From an uncultured Acidobacteriota bacterium (GTDB taxonomy: Bacteria > Acidobacteriota > Terriglobia > Acidiferrales > UBA7541), in assembly GCA_963748865.1 (NCBI GenBank), contig CAVVLE010000050.1, positions 148,360 to 212,359 of the forward strand: a DNA stretch of 64,000 nucleotides, in the 5' to 3' direction. Made by a program: the position numbers and the translations under genes. Shown in pieces: positions 11,701 through 19,980 of this stretch (positions within the stretch are counted from its first letter, which is position 1; every line of letters begins with the position of its first letter). The notes beneath the pieces are model-generated. The model was not told where the DNA came from, made no database searches, and saw only the letters and a list, made by a program, of their open reading frames with translations.

Positions 11701-13085
11701 ATTGGGGAGTTCGGATCAAGCGTGTTCGTATTCCCATCGATCACCGAAACCGTATTCGAAGCATTGTCGGCGACAAAAATCGTATTCGTAACGGGATTCA
11801 CGGCGACGGCCCACGGCTGATGCTGCGGATAGTTTGGCGTCGCCACATTGCTCGTCGTGTTTGCAATAACGCTGAAAGTTGGTGGTGTGTTCGCGATGCT
11901 CGTGGCGTCAAACGGCGCGGCATAGACTTTGTGAGTAACGGGATTGACGGCGATCGCTCGCGTGAACGCCTGGGTAGTGATCGTGTTCGTGCTCTGATTT
12001 GAACCATTTACCAACGTGACTGAGCCATTTCCTGAGTTCGCGACGTACGCAATGTTCGTCGCCGCGTCCACGGCGATCGAAATCCCGATACTGGAAGTTC
12101 CTCCGGCGGTCGGCACGTCCGTAACGGCGTTGTTGGCGCCGTTTATGATCGTGGTGTTGCTGCTGCCCATGTTGGCGACAAAAATCTGATTGGTCTCTGG
12201 GTTCACGGCGATTCCGCTCGGCTCAGAAGCGTTGGGGTCACTCACCGTCGCGGTGACCAAACCCGTTGTTCCGTTGATGACCGAGACGTTATTCGAGCTC
12301 TGGTTGGCCACGTAGATTGTGTCGGTGACCGAGTTGATCGCCAGCGACTGTGGCGAAGAACCAACCGTAATGGGATTTGGGTTGTTGCTCGGCAGCGTCG
12401 CCAGAGTGTTGGTGCTCCCGTTGATGACGTAAGCCGTGCCGAAGTTCGAGTCCAGAACATAGACCATATTCGTAGCTGGGTTTACAGCCACGGACGACGG
12501 CGTGCTGGGATTATTCAGTTGGATTGTTGCCACGCTGGGAGAGCTACCGCCGAATTGGATTGCGGTGACGGTTCCCGACCCGTTGTTACAAACGTAGACC
12601 GTGTTGGTTTCCGGATTCACTGCGATAGCGAAAGTATTGTTTCCGCCGGTGGAGACCGATTCCAAGAATTCTGCGCTTGACGATCCGATGGCGCCAGAAT
12701 ACACATCAACATTGCCATTGTCGCGATCCAAGGCAAACACTTGGTTGGTGACCGGATTCACGGCCACGGCCCAGTAACTGGCGAAATTCCCATTTGTGGC
12801 CGCCGTAATTGTATTCGTCGCACCATCAAGCACCGTCAGCGTGCCGTCGAAATCCGCCAGGTAGATCTTGTTCGTAACGGGATTGACGGCGATGCCGTGC
12901 GGAGCGTTGCCATCCGAAGGCGTAGCGACTACAACCTGGCCGCGAGCAGGCGCGGCGATAAGCGCCGATAATGCGACCACGAGCGCACACAATGCGGTTC
13001 GTATCCGAGATGCGGTTCTAAATTCGGTCGAGGAAATAGTGGAATAGACACACCGGGCCGGGTGAAAGGACATGGATTCTCCCAA
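5751..13085 (-). CDS. giant secreted multi-domain repeat protein: YVTN beta-propeller repeats, divergent InlB-B-like repeats, Ig-like repeats and choice-of-anchor-D-like domains
   Basis: A single uninterrupted 2,444-aa ORF, with a possible alternative ATG at 13073. The signal peptide reads ALCALVVALSALIAAPARGQ. About 20 AVNPVTN.IYVAN-type repeats occupy the N-terminal third. Three GTGTGxV...C...Y..GT.VTLTA.P...F.GWGG.C modules lie at about 8270-9730. Three Ig-like repeats and two C-terminal LNFG...V.N.G...L modules follow. Confidence 0.85.
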   Translation of the reverse strand: MGESMSFHPARCVYSTISSTEFRTASRIRTALCALVVALSALIAAPARGQVVVATPSDGNAPHGIAVNPVTNKIYLADFDGTLTVLDGATNTITAATNGNFASYWAVAVNPVTNQVFALDRDNGNVDVYSGAIGSSSAEFLESVSTGGNNTFAIAVNPETNTVYVCNNGSGTVTAIQFGGSSPSVATIQLNNPSTPSSVAVNPATNMVYVLDSNFGTAYVINGSTNTLATLPSNNPNPITVGSSPQSLAINSVTDTIYVANQSSNNVSVINGTTGLVTATVSDPNASEPSGIAVNPETNQIFVANMGSSNTTIINGANNAVTDVPTAGGTSSIGISIAVDAATNIAYVANSGNGSVTLVNGSNQSTNTITTQAFTRAIAVNPVTHKVYAAPFDATSIANTPPTFSVIANTTSNVATPNYPQHQPWAVAVNPVTNTIFVADNASNTVSVIDGNTNTLDPNSPILVGTNPNALVVDSINNLVYVSNSGSSSVSVINGASLTTPPSTVTLVNFNTDGQLTPNLLAFNPVLNQVYGADTTDSLGFAFGGGTGDQTVFANSFFAGSTPVAIGTNPAQGYSYAVLSGSGGALQVSDVHGGFGSPLACSGPTAADVNPVTNTIYVACGGSSGTLDVIQGADSFTPGSSTPITLTNTLSSPTNVVVNPVTNTIYVTDEPFEAEAFLYIISASNNNAVTTINLANNNCFSPSSFAVNSVSNRYYVLCGGDDNEPGPQVVVFDGATNTRLGILPVGGSVNTLPNEIAANPVTGNVYSLAYQGGNPGALSVYTENTLITDSLTTSISLAANSNNSGNTTNVVSPVFTFTVTNNFTSAPVNGAFFQVDSQQGTWIAGGPTTMANVFTGTAANLAPGFHIMYAYATDGEDATSANSGPYSMQASPVTGTIQSYGFLVAPPIATINSTTSNNPMNFGTVPVGGASPSPNPILINNGGAASTLSYSYAIGGANPDEFVIDSNQSSCSPNNGTLTSNASCTIYVSFQPTATGVATATLTWTDNSLGISNSTQVVYLSGNGGTTTVPMPTPNEEASNPSYITSDTFSWSDTDSNVTSYLCSLASGATPPAPSSDYSPCATPTTISNLQENTYYAYAIEAVDNQGNVSQPFVDTWEVVPASVNLTITGTGTGSASSSPAGINSCTSSCSANFDGVPVVLTATAGPNSTFTGWSGVAAGIPGQNCAGTGTCTLNTAYGPESPTATFTANVVQYALSVTLSGTGTGTVGDGATLSCSETNGVTQPGTCSVNYNSGTQVTLTAIPTAPSTFVIWGGACASSGTGNSCAVQMTAAQNVTAQFMTGPQGPMAYVGLGTEKFGTIGLTNGTFTQSGTTTAGGPNVLLSGLGVSGGALYGGGFGSSQLYQVNPANGSLTAIGSAAPFNYWDTGSTTSGVFAVDSAGILYSVNVTTGSTSTIGSTGLTFGGSTFTGLSTGSPTLYLTVSSTPSSPAVLYSINTITGAATLIGNTGAVVLGAMVFENGVLYAGSGSASGPWSIYSLNTSTGAATLVTTTSSGSFWALAPLGVNVITLGTGTGTVTDNQSYIDCTDSAGAQSGTCFADYSPGTPVTLTANTTNGTFGGWGGDCASAGMSTTCSLTLSSSMTVLADFVAPQVVTPLNFGTSTTPETQEATFNCTTDPCTDPNGNALALTVQGVSSAFTVYVIQTEVSSLQANGRCPSTGTVTTDFDCRYVSFFGDGMAPNGDTIVPLCYPYANGNCVHYEINSTGTVDGGEPPTTSYLGPVEWVITWNDDTFVPTSYWAGSTPQLYDDPDYDNTGSGKPWGTDCSTAMLTESGPTNPPIFCQFDFNITTYYNPTEPIDSGIGGTTRQFNDVNVAFPPTSQGTGTVTQGPPTLTAPTISGACTSGTACTLTGTTVGLTNGTAGSFIVSPAGFPPPALSESGTLPPGMILNLFSGVLGGIPTTPGTYPVTFTATNSVTSVQQMYTFNVTGIMTTTSITSSPAVTYPAAEVVQVTVSATSGTPSGNATLSVDGGASLSAPLNASGVATFTITGLNAGSHTLSASYAAQGSYGASGPATGTLMVNPASTSTSITSSPAVTYPANAVVKVTVSSASVTPTGNVTLTLNGGSPLTAPLSSGVATFTISSLNAATYTLSASYGAQGNFGASGPAAGSLTVNPAGTSISISAPAVTYPANATIKVTVSSSAGTPAGNVSLTVGSGTPMNGTLSGGVATFTLTSPSPGTYTLSASYAAQGNFGPSTGTGSLTVNSAGSTLKFTPSSLNFGTVYVGNTSLLSMTITNTGTSMVTFTSFSVGSISGDDSTGFLGIEFCPKTLNAGKSCPIIMSFTADSNVTKTHAANLVIADNASGSPQMILMSATVINPVASLSPSSLNFGNQKTGTTSAAKPVTLKNTGTTTLTLSGLSISGNFAFATGTTCTKTTSLTPGGTCIMEVNFTPTSKGSKSGSVQITDNARNSPQSVPLSGNGN
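6399..7232 (-). repeat. three tandem ~280-nt coding repeats (Ig-like domains of 94, 93 and 91 aa) inside the giant gene
   Basis: The protein-level repeat is TSITSSPAVTYPA..V.VTVS...TP.GN.TL...G.....L..GVATFT......G..TLSASY.AQG.FG.SG...G.L.VNPA. At the DNA level the recurring block CCCTTGCGCC.C.TAGCT.GCGCT.AAGGT appears near 6450, 6727 and 7010. Confidence 0.75.
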
Positions 13086-13239
13086 GTTCGAGTGGCAGGA
13101 CAGACACTAAGTGCACGCCCCTGAAGCTAGTAAAAACGCAAGCGCTAGACTTTAAACGATAAGGTCGAACGAATCAAGGAAATTCATGCAGTTTTCTTAG
13201 GTTTAGGAGTACTGATAGCGACCCGGCCTACGGCGCCTT

Positions 13240-15783
13240 TCATCGCCACGAAGGTGAGTCGTGCCACAATATAAATGGGGCCTCCAATGGGACGAGCGCT
13301 CCGGCATGTTGGGGAACCAATCGGGGTGTGTAGTCGGCCACAGGACGAGTCGCGGGAATTTGGGCGATGTAACTAAAGCCATTTGTGGTGCCTACGAGGT
13401 GCTCACCACGATTCAGCGGCTGCGTCACCGGCGCATCACCGTTCAGCCCGTTCGCGTACAACTCGACCCTTACGGCATCGGGATTGAGATCGTCAAGAAA
13501 AACCTGAACCTGAAAGACGAACTGGCCGGCCTTTTGTTCAACTGTCGCGTTGCCAAAACGCAGAGCGGACCAATGCTGTTCCAGCTGGGCCTGCCAATTG
13601 AGCAATTCAGCTCCCAGCGAACTTTGCTTTGCGGCGCGCTGGCGAAACGCAGCTGCAGCGGGTACGTAGTGTTCGTCGGTATATTGGCGCACCGCCCGGT
13701 TCGTCGAGAAGACCGGAGTTAAGCGAGCCATGCTTTCTCTCATGCGCGCAACCCAGCTCCGCGGAATTCCGCGGTCGTCGCGCGAGTAGAATGCGGGAAT
13801 GATCTCTCGTTCGAGAATGCTGTATAGGGCTTCGGCTTCCGCCGCGTCCCACGAAGGATCGTCGCCGTGTTCGCGTCCGTCACCGATGGCCCAGCCGACC
13901 TCAGGGGAGTACGCTTCCGCCCACCAGCCATCCAACTCCGAAAAATTAAGTCCGCCATTGACCAGCACTTTCATGCCGCTTGTGCCGCTCGCTTCCCATG
14001 GGCGTCGAGGTGTGTTCACCCACAAATCGACGCCCTGAACCAGTTGCTCTGCCATGAGCAGATCGTAGTCACTGAGGAAGACGACTCGAGACTTCGCTTC
14101 CGGGCGATGGGAGAACTCAATCCACTGATGGATCATCTCTTGGCCCGCGAGGTCTTGTGGATGGGCTTTTCCCGCGAGGACGAGCTGGACCGGACGTTCG
14201 CTGTTCGTAAGGATGCGAAGGAGACGCGCCGGATCATGCAAAAGAAGGTTGGGGCGCTTGTACGTCGCAAAACGGCGCGCGAAGCCCAACGTCAAAGTGT
14301 CGGTGTCGAGCGCCTGGGAAGCCTGCGCAATGTCCTCCGAAGAAGCTCCGCCGTCAGCCAATTGCCTTAAGTAACGTTTGCGAACGTACTGAACGAGAGA
14401 TTTGCGCCCATCGGCGCGGAGTTCCCACAGATCGGAATCGCTGACCTTGCGAATGTCCTGCTCGATTCCTTCGGTCGCTTCGCGCCAGCGATCTTTTCCG
14501 CATGCGGCTTCCCACAGGCGGTCTGCTCCTGCAGAATCCCACGTCGGCGTGTTCACTCCGTTTGTCACATACGTCACCGGTACTTCGATCTCCGGCCACC
14601 TCGGAAATAGCGGCTGAAAGATTCGCCGGCTGACCTGGCCATGCAACCGGCTGACGCCGTTAATGGCGCCACTGCCGCGGAATGCCAAGTAGGCCATATT
14701 AAATGGCTCGGATGAATCGCTGCGGTCGCGCCGTCCGAGCGCCAAGAGATCCTGCAGAGAAATCGACAAAGTTTCCTCTGCGTATTTCCTGAAATACCAC
14801 TCCATCAGGTCGGAAGCGAAACGGTCAAAGCCCGCTGGGACGGGAGTGTGGGTAGTAAAGAGGTTGCCGGCACGCGTGACCGTAAGCGACAGGTCGAATG
14901 GCTGCTTGTTATCTAGCATGTATGAGCGAGCTCGCTCCAGCACGGCGAACGCGGCATGACCCTCATTGAGGTGGCACACTTCGGGCTGCAATCCCAGCGC
15001 CCTCAGAAGCCGCCAGCCTCCGATCCCAAGGACCAATTCCTGCTTTAGGCGCAACTCCGGGCCCCCTCCATAAAGTTCCGTGGTAATGCCGCGGTGCGCC
15101 GGGGTGTTCGCAGGATCGTTTGTATCGAGGAGATACAATCTCGCTCTGCCCACCTGCACCTGCCAAGTGCGAATCCAGAGCTTGGCGCCGGGAAAGTCGA
15201 TTGATAGACGCAGCCATTGGCCGTTCGGCTGTCGCAAAGGTTGGATTGGCAGTTGCCCAGGGTCATTGAACGGATATAAAGCCTGCTGCTGACCCTGCGC
15301 GTCGATCTCCTGCCGAAAATACCCTTGTTGGTACAAAAGACTTACGCCGATAACCGGCACGCTTAGATTGCTCGCCGACTTGAGCTGGTCGCCGGCCACG
15401 TTTCCAAGTCCGCCCGAATAAATTGGCAGCCCCTCGCTCAACATGAATTCCATGCAGAAATACGCAACCGCCGAAAGACTGGAATGAGGATATGCCTTTT
15501 GAAACCAGCCTTCTGACTGCTCGAGCATTTGCTTTTCGCGATGGAGATCAGTCAGGAGCTTTTGAAAGATCGGATCAGCGGTGACGCTTTGCAGTCTTTC
15601 CCGGGATGCAGTTTGCAGCACCACCCAGGGATTGTGAGTCTGCTCCCAAAGTTCGGGGTCAATACGTTCCCAGAGTTCATCCGCCGAATGATTGAAAGAC
15701 CATCTCAGGTCCAAAGCCAGATCAGTGAGAGCATCCGACACATCGGTGTCCAGGGGACGATGGCTGAAAGCAGGGCTGCTCAT
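13240..15783 (-). CDS. glgP: alpha-glucan (glycogen/maltodextrin) phosphorylase, GT35 family
   Basis: The ORF encodes 847 aa. The N-terminus reads DLALDLRWSFNHSADELWERIDPELWEQTHNPW. Other recognisable stretches are VAYFCMEFMLSEGLPIYSGGLGNVAGD and SGTSGMKVLVNGGLNFSELDGWW, which contains the pyridoxal-phosphate Lys region. Both are typical of the alpha-glucan phosphorylase family. Confidence 0.9.
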   Translation of the reverse strand: MSSPAFSHRPLDTDVSDALTDLALDLRWSFNHSADELWERIDPELWEQTHNPWVVLQTASRERLQSVTADPIFQKLLTDLHREKQMLEQSEGWFQKAYPHSSLSAVAYFCMEFMLSEGLPIYSGGLGNVAGDQLKSASNLSVPVIGVSLLYQQGYFRQEIDAQGQQQALYPFNDPGQLPIQPLRQPNGQWLRLSIDFPGAKLWIRTWQVQVGRARLYLLDTNDPANTPAHRGITTELYGGGPELRLKQELVLGIGGWRLLRALGLQPEVCHLNEGHAAFAVLERARSYMLDNKQPFDLSLTVTRAGNLFTTHTPVPAGFDRFASDLMEWYFRKYAEETLSISLQDLLALGRRDRSDSSEPFNMAYLAFRGSGAINGVSRLHGQVSRRIFQPLFPRWPEIEVPVTYVTNGVNTPTWDSAGADRLWEAACGKDRWREATEGIEQDIRKVSDSDLWELRADGRKSLVQYVRKRYLRQLADGGASSEDIAQASQALDTDTLTLGFARRFATYKRPNLLLHDPARLLRILTNSERPVQLVLAGKAHPQDLAGQEMIHQWIEFSHRPEAKSRVVFLSDYDLLMAEQLVQGVDLWVNTPRRPWEASGTSGMKVLVNGGLNFSELDGWWAEAYSPEVGWAIGDGREHGDDPSWDAAEAEALYSILEREIIPAFYSRDDRGIPRSWVARMRESMARLTPVFSTNRAVRQYTDEHYVPAAAAFRQRAAKQSSLGAELLNWQAQLEQHWSALRFGNATVEQKAGQFVFQVQVFLDDLNPDAVRVELYANGLNGDAPVTQPLNRGEHLVGTTNGFSYIAQIPATRPVADYTPRLVPQHAGALVPLEAPFILWHDSPSWR

Positions 15784-15799
15784 AAATGGCTCCTTCGGC

Positions 15800-17467
15800 T
15801 TAGCTGCTTGCTGCTGCTCGGGCGCTGCGTGCCAGCGTCTCGGAGACTATGGACTGGGCTTCCTCTTCGATCCGTCGCAGATGGTCCTGGCCGAGGAAGC
15901 TCTCGACGTAAATCTTGTAGATATCTTCGGTGCCCGAAGGACGCGCCGCGAACCAGCCGTTTTTTGCGATCACCTTAATTCCGCCAATCGATTGGCCATC
16001 TCCGGGAGCGGCGGTCAGAATCTGCTCGACCTTTTCGCCGGCAATTTCATTCACATGGATATCGGCCGGCGCCAATTTCTCGAGTGCGGCCTTTTGTTCT
16101 GGCGTAGCGGGCGCTTCAATGCGATCGTAAAGCGGATTCCCGAGTTCGCGAGTGAGTTCGCCGTAGATTTGGCCTGGATCTTTTCCGAGACGCGCCGTGA
16201 TTTCCGCGGAAAGCAGACAAGGAATGATGCCATCCTTGTCGGTGGTCCACACGTTGCCGTCGCGCCGCAGAAACGAGGAGCCCGCGCTCTCTTCGCCGGC
16301 AAAGCCCAGTTTTCCGGCCAGCAGGCCTTCCACAAACCACCTGAATCCCACGGGCACCTCGTACAGCCGCCGTGACAAACGCGCGCTGACGCGATTGATC
16401 ATGCTGCTACTCACCACAGTTTTCCCGACGGCGACATCTTTACCCCAACCGCTCCGATTCGCAAACAAGTAGTCAATGCACACGGAGAGGTAGTGGTTTG
16501 GGGGCAACAAGCCGCTCGCCTTGGTCACGATGCCGTGCCGGTCGTGGTCAGTGTCGGCGGCAAAAGCGATGTCGAATTTGTCTTTCAATCCGATCAGCCG
16601 CTGCATGGCGTAAGGTGAGGAAGGATCCATGCGAATCTTGCCGTCCCAATCCACGGTCATGAACCGGAACGTTGGATCAACAGATTGGTTCACCACCGTC
16701 AGATTGAGACCGTACCGCTCGGCAATCACAGGCCAGTAATCAACGCCTGCCCCGCCGAGCGGATCAACGCCAAGCGTAATCCTGGAATCGCGGATCGCCG
16801 CCATATCGACCACTTTCTCAAGATCGGCGACGTAGGAGTGCAGGTAGTCGAATCTCTTGGTGGTCGAAGCTTGGAGCGCTTGCGCGAATAACATTCGCTT
16901 TACGCCGTCGAGTGCGGCCCGAATAAATTCGTTGGCTTTCGATTCGATCCAGGACGTGACTTCCAAATTGGCGGGCCCGGCATGTGGAGGATCGTACTTG
17001 AAGCCACCGTCGTCCGGCGGATTGTGAGACGGAGTGATGACGATACCGTCGGCGAGCCCGCTTTTCCTTCCGCGGTTGTAAACCAGAATCGCGTGGGAAA
17101 CGGCCGGCGTCGGCGTATAAGCAGTTCCTTCCGAAAGCATCACCTGAACGCCGTTTGCAGCCAGCACTTCGAGCGCGCTTGCGAATGCAGGCTCGGACAG
17201 CGCGTGCGTGTCCATCCCAAGGAAGACCGGACCGTCGATGTTCTGGGCTTTTCGGTAGTCACAAATCGCCTGAGTAATCGCGAGAATGTGCCACTCATTG
17301 AACGCCCCGTCGAAAGCAGATCCACGGTGACCGGACGTACCGAAGACTACCTGCTGCCGCGGGTCACTCGGATCGGGGCGCAACTCGTAATAAGCCGTGA
17401 CCAGCTTCGGAACATTAACCAGGATGGAGGGGGCAGCCGGCTTTCCGGCCGCCGGATCAATCTTCAC
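15800..17467 (-). CDS. pgm: phosphoglucomutase, alpha-D-glucose phosphate-specific
   Basis: The ORF runs to 17527, but the GTG at 17467 is preceded by GGAGG 7 nt upstream. From that start the protein aligns with E. coli-type Pgm N-termini (VKIDPAAGKPA..LVNVPKLVTAYY). The phosphoserine loop is FGTSGHRGS, the Mg site is GVDPLGGAG and the sugar loop is GEESAG. Confidence 0.9.
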   Translation of the reverse strand: MKIDPAAGKPAAPSILVNVPKLVTAYYELRPDPSDPRQQVVFGTSGHRGSAFDGAFNEWHILAITQAICDYRKAQNIDGPVFLGMDTHALSEPAFASALEVLAANGVQVMLSEGTAYTPTPAVSHAILVYNRGRKSGLADGIVITPSHNPPDDGGFKYDPPHAGPANLEVTSWIESKANEFIRAALDGVKRMLFAQALQASTTKRFDYLHSYVADLEKVVDMAAIRDSRITLGVDPLGGAGVDYWPVIAERYGLNLTVVNQSVDPTFRFMTVDWDGKIRMDPSSPYAMQRLIGLKDKFDIAFAADTDHDRHGIVTKASGLLPPNHYLSVCIDYLFANRSGWGKDVAVGKTVVSSSMINRVSARLSRRLYEVPVGFRWFVEGLLAGKLGFAGEESAGSSFLRRDGNVWTTDKDGIIPCLLSAEITARLGKDPGQIYGELTRELGNPLYDRIEAPATPEQKAALEKLAPADIHVNEIAGEKVEQILTAAPGDGQSIGGIKVIAKNGWFAARPSGTEDIYKIYVESFLGQDHLRRIEEEAQSIVSETLARSARAAASS

Positions 17468-17587
17468 GTTGTCACCTCCATCAAAATGGCTCTCTGGCCA
17501 GCCTTCTTTGCTGCAATGTCGTGCCAAGAGCCGAGACGATGCCGTCCGCGATCAGCAGCTCGCCATTGAGACAGTGCCGGCGGAATG

Positions 17588-18973
17588 TCAAATCGTCGCA
17601 TTCGCTAACGGAAGAAAAACCTGAAAACGCGTATCGCCGGGCTTCGATTGGACGTGAATATTGCCACGGTGTTTCTTCACAATCCGTTGCACCGTATCGA
17701 GTCCCAGTCCGGTGCCTTCGCCAACACCCTTGGTTGTAAAGAAAGGCTCAAAAATATGTGCTGTTATTTCCGGGGAGATTCCAGAGCCGTTATCGCCGAT
17801 CTCGATCACAACGCAGCCGTCGTCGCGATAGGTCCGTACTCGCAGCTCGCCCTGGCCATTCATAGCGTCAATCGCGTTGTCGATGAGGTTCGTCCAGACC
17901 TGGTTGAGCTCGCTTCCGAACGAGTCCACGAGAAGCGGGATCGGCTGGTAATCGCGACGCACAGTAACTCCGCGTTTAAGCTTGTGGTTCAAAATCGTTA
18001 AAGTCGTTTCCAGGCTCTTCACTACATCCACGTTTTGTACGGGCGCTTGGTCCATAAACGTGTATTCCTTGATGGCGCCAACCAAATCAGAGATTCGCGA
18101 AGTGCTGCTTTCAATTTCATTCAACAGGCTGGCAATTTCAGCAGAAGCAGCAATTCTCACCAAGGCTGCTCGTCCGGTGCCGGCATCGAGGTTTGCAAAT
18201 AGGGACTCGAGTGCCGCCGGCTGGATTCCTCTTTGCGCCAACTCGGCCGCTAGCTGCCACAAATCGTTCTGCCCGTGACTGCGCAGCAGAGAATCAATCT
18301 GGTCTTCGAGGTCACTGATGGTCAAAGAATCGGGAGGCAACTCGTCTCGCTGGGTAATCGAAGCTTCCAATTTCTCAATCTCGGCCTTCTGGGTGGGGGT
18401 CAAGTCGCGCCGGCCGAGTTCGTGGCTGGCGTCTTTGATGCGCTTCAAAGTGTCTCGCAAGTGCGCGGCCGCGCGTTTGGCGGCGGAAGCAGGGTTGTTG
18501 AGTTCGTGAGCAAGTCCCGCGGAGAGTTTTCCTAGCCCGGCTAGCCGATCGACCTGTTGTTCGATCCGTGTTAATTCGCGGATGCGATCGGACATCAGGC
18601 CGACCAGACGTTTCACCAACTCCGGCATTTTGTGAATGAGATCCGGAAAGCGTGCGGCGGGAAATTTAAGGATACGTCCATCGGTGAGGGCCCTGCCGGT
18701 GACGGTGAACTGTTTCATCCGCGAAAACGGCAATACTCCGGTCACATCGCCGACCTTGCCCGCGATTATGGTGGTATCGCCGGCGAATTCGCCGCGCCAC
18801 TCAAATTCGCCTTCCACTAGGACGAACATAGCGTCAGGAGGGTCGCCTTGCCTCGCGTACACTTCTCCCGCCTTCAAGCTGACTTCCTGTGACTGGCTGA
18901 GGAACCACGCAATCTGCTCCTCAGGCAGATCGGCGAACGTCGGGAACCCCAGAAGCTGCGAGGGAGTAATCAT
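17588..18973 (-). CDS. sensor histidine kinase with an N-terminal cyclic-nucleotide-binding domain
   Basis: The likely start is the ATG at 18973 ([20 protein letters not shown]...). It overlaps the upstream stop as TGATG. The longer ORF reaching 19219 only overlaps the upstream gene. The cNMP-binding-like region reads GDPPDAMFVLVEGEFEW...GVLPFSRM. The H-box is AGLAHELNNPASAA, the N-box is NLIDNAIDAM, and the G-boxes are GDNGSGI and GTGLGL. Confidence 0.85.
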   Translation of the reverse strand: MITPSQLLGFPTFADLPEEQIAWFLSQSQEVSLKAGEVYARQGDPPDAMFVLVEGEFEWRGEFAGDTTIIAGKVGDVTGVLPFSRMKQFTVTGRALTDGRILKFPAARFPDLIHKMPELVKRLVGLMSDRIRELTRIEQQVDRLAGLGKLSAGLAHELNNPASAAKRAAAHLRDTLKRIKDASHELGRRDLTPTQKAEIEKLEASITQRDELPPDSLTISDLEDQIDSLLRSHGQNDLWQLAAELAQRGIQPAALESLFANLDAGTGRAALVRIAASAEIASLLNEIESSTSRISDLVGAIKEYTFMDQAPVQNVDVVKSLETTLTILNHKLKRGVTVRRDYQPIPLLVDSFGSELNQVWTNLIDNAIDAMNGQGELRVRTYRDDGCVVIEIGDNGSGISPEITAHIFEPFFTTKGVGEGTGLGLDTVQRIVKKHRGNIHVQSKPGDTRFQVFLPLANATI

Positions 18974-19980
18974 CAGACCTTGCTCAAATATTGATGAATG
19001 AATTGCACAGCCACGGAGCCCTCGCCTACACCGGAAGCCACCCTCTTCACCGAGCCGTGACGCACGTCTCCGACCGCGAACACCCCGGGAACATTTGTTT
19101 CCAGCAGGAAGGGATCGCGCTCGAGCGACCACTCTTTCGGCCGCTCGCCATCTTGTATCAAGTCCGGGCCAGTCAGGATAAACCCACGATCGTCGCGCTC
19201 GACCAAGCCGGCCAGCCACTCGGTCCGCGGCAGCGCGCCAATGAAGATGAACATGGAACTGGCGGGTACGCGTTCAATTTTGTTCGTATCGGTGCACAGT
19301 ACCGAGATCTCTTCCAATCTCCTGTCTCCGTGCGCTTCTGCCACGCTGGCGCGAGTCCAGATTTGGATATTGGGAGTTCGTTGGACTTGGTCAATCAGAT
19401 ATTGGGACATGGTGGCGGCGAGTCCTTCACCGCGCACCAGAATCACCACCCTCTCGGCATACTTGGCAAAATTCATGGCCGCCTGGCCTGCGGAGTTCGC
19501 GCCGCCGACCACATAAACGATTTCGCCTTTAGAAGAAAGCGCCTCCGTCGCGCCCCCGCCGTAATAGACTCCGGCCCCTTGTAGCCGATCAACTCCCGGA
19601 ACCTCTAATCGCCGCCACTGCACTCCGGTTGCGACCAGCAAAGCGTGACAAGAGATCTCGTTTCCGTCGGCCAGCTTGATGATTCGGTAGGAACCTTCGG
19701 TACGGATTCCGACCGCTTCTTGCGGCGACAAGATTTCCACTCCAAAGCGCTGAGCCTGCACAACGGCGCGCCGCGCCAGATCACCCCCGCTCAGCCCCAT
19801 TGGAAATCCAAGATAATTTTCGATGCGCGAGCTCATCCCCGCTTGCCCGCCGGGAGCTTCGCGTTCGATCATGACCGTTTTAAGACCTTCAGAGGCGCCG
19901 TAAACAGCCGCAGCCAAACCAGCAGGGCCTCCACCGATGATCGCCAAATCGTAGAAATCAGTCTGCGCTCGCGTGCGCAA
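18973..19980 (-). CDS. thioredoxin-reductase-like FAD/NAD(P)-dependent oxidoreductase; probably the C-terminal part of a fused response regulator/TrxR-like protein
   Basis: The FAD motif is [23 protein letters not shown]. The NAD(P) motif is [14 protein letters not shown], and a GVFAVGDVR motif is also present. The position where TrxB carries CATC reads GATE, so no redox-active CxxC is present. The ORF starts only at a TTG immediately after a TAG. It overlaps the upstream REC gene by 23 nt in the adjacent frame. Confidence 0.8.
   Translation of the reverse strand: MRTRAQTDFYDLAIIGGGPAGLAAAVYGASEGLKTVMIEREAPGGQAGMSSRIENYLGFPMGLSGGDLARRAVVQAQRFGVEILSPQEAVGIRTEGSYRIIKLADGNEISCHALLVATGVQWRRLEVPGVDRLQGAGVYYGGGATEALSSKGEIVYVVGGANSAGQAAMNFAKYAERVVILVRGEGLAATMSQYLIDQVQRTPNIQIWTRASVAEAHGDRRLEEISVLCTDTNKIERVPASSMFIFIGALPRTEWLAGLVERDDRGFILTGPDLIQDGERPKEWSLERDPFLLETNVPGVFAVGDVRHGSVKRVASGVGEGSVAVQFIHQYLSKV

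Noticed and set aside
18974-19219. An 82-codon N-terminal extension of the histidine-kinase ORF ([11 protein letters not shown]...).
   Set aside because: It lies wholly inside the TrxR-like coding region in another frame and is Arg-rich nonsense. The domain homology begins at the ATG at 18973, which forms a TGATG coupling overlap.
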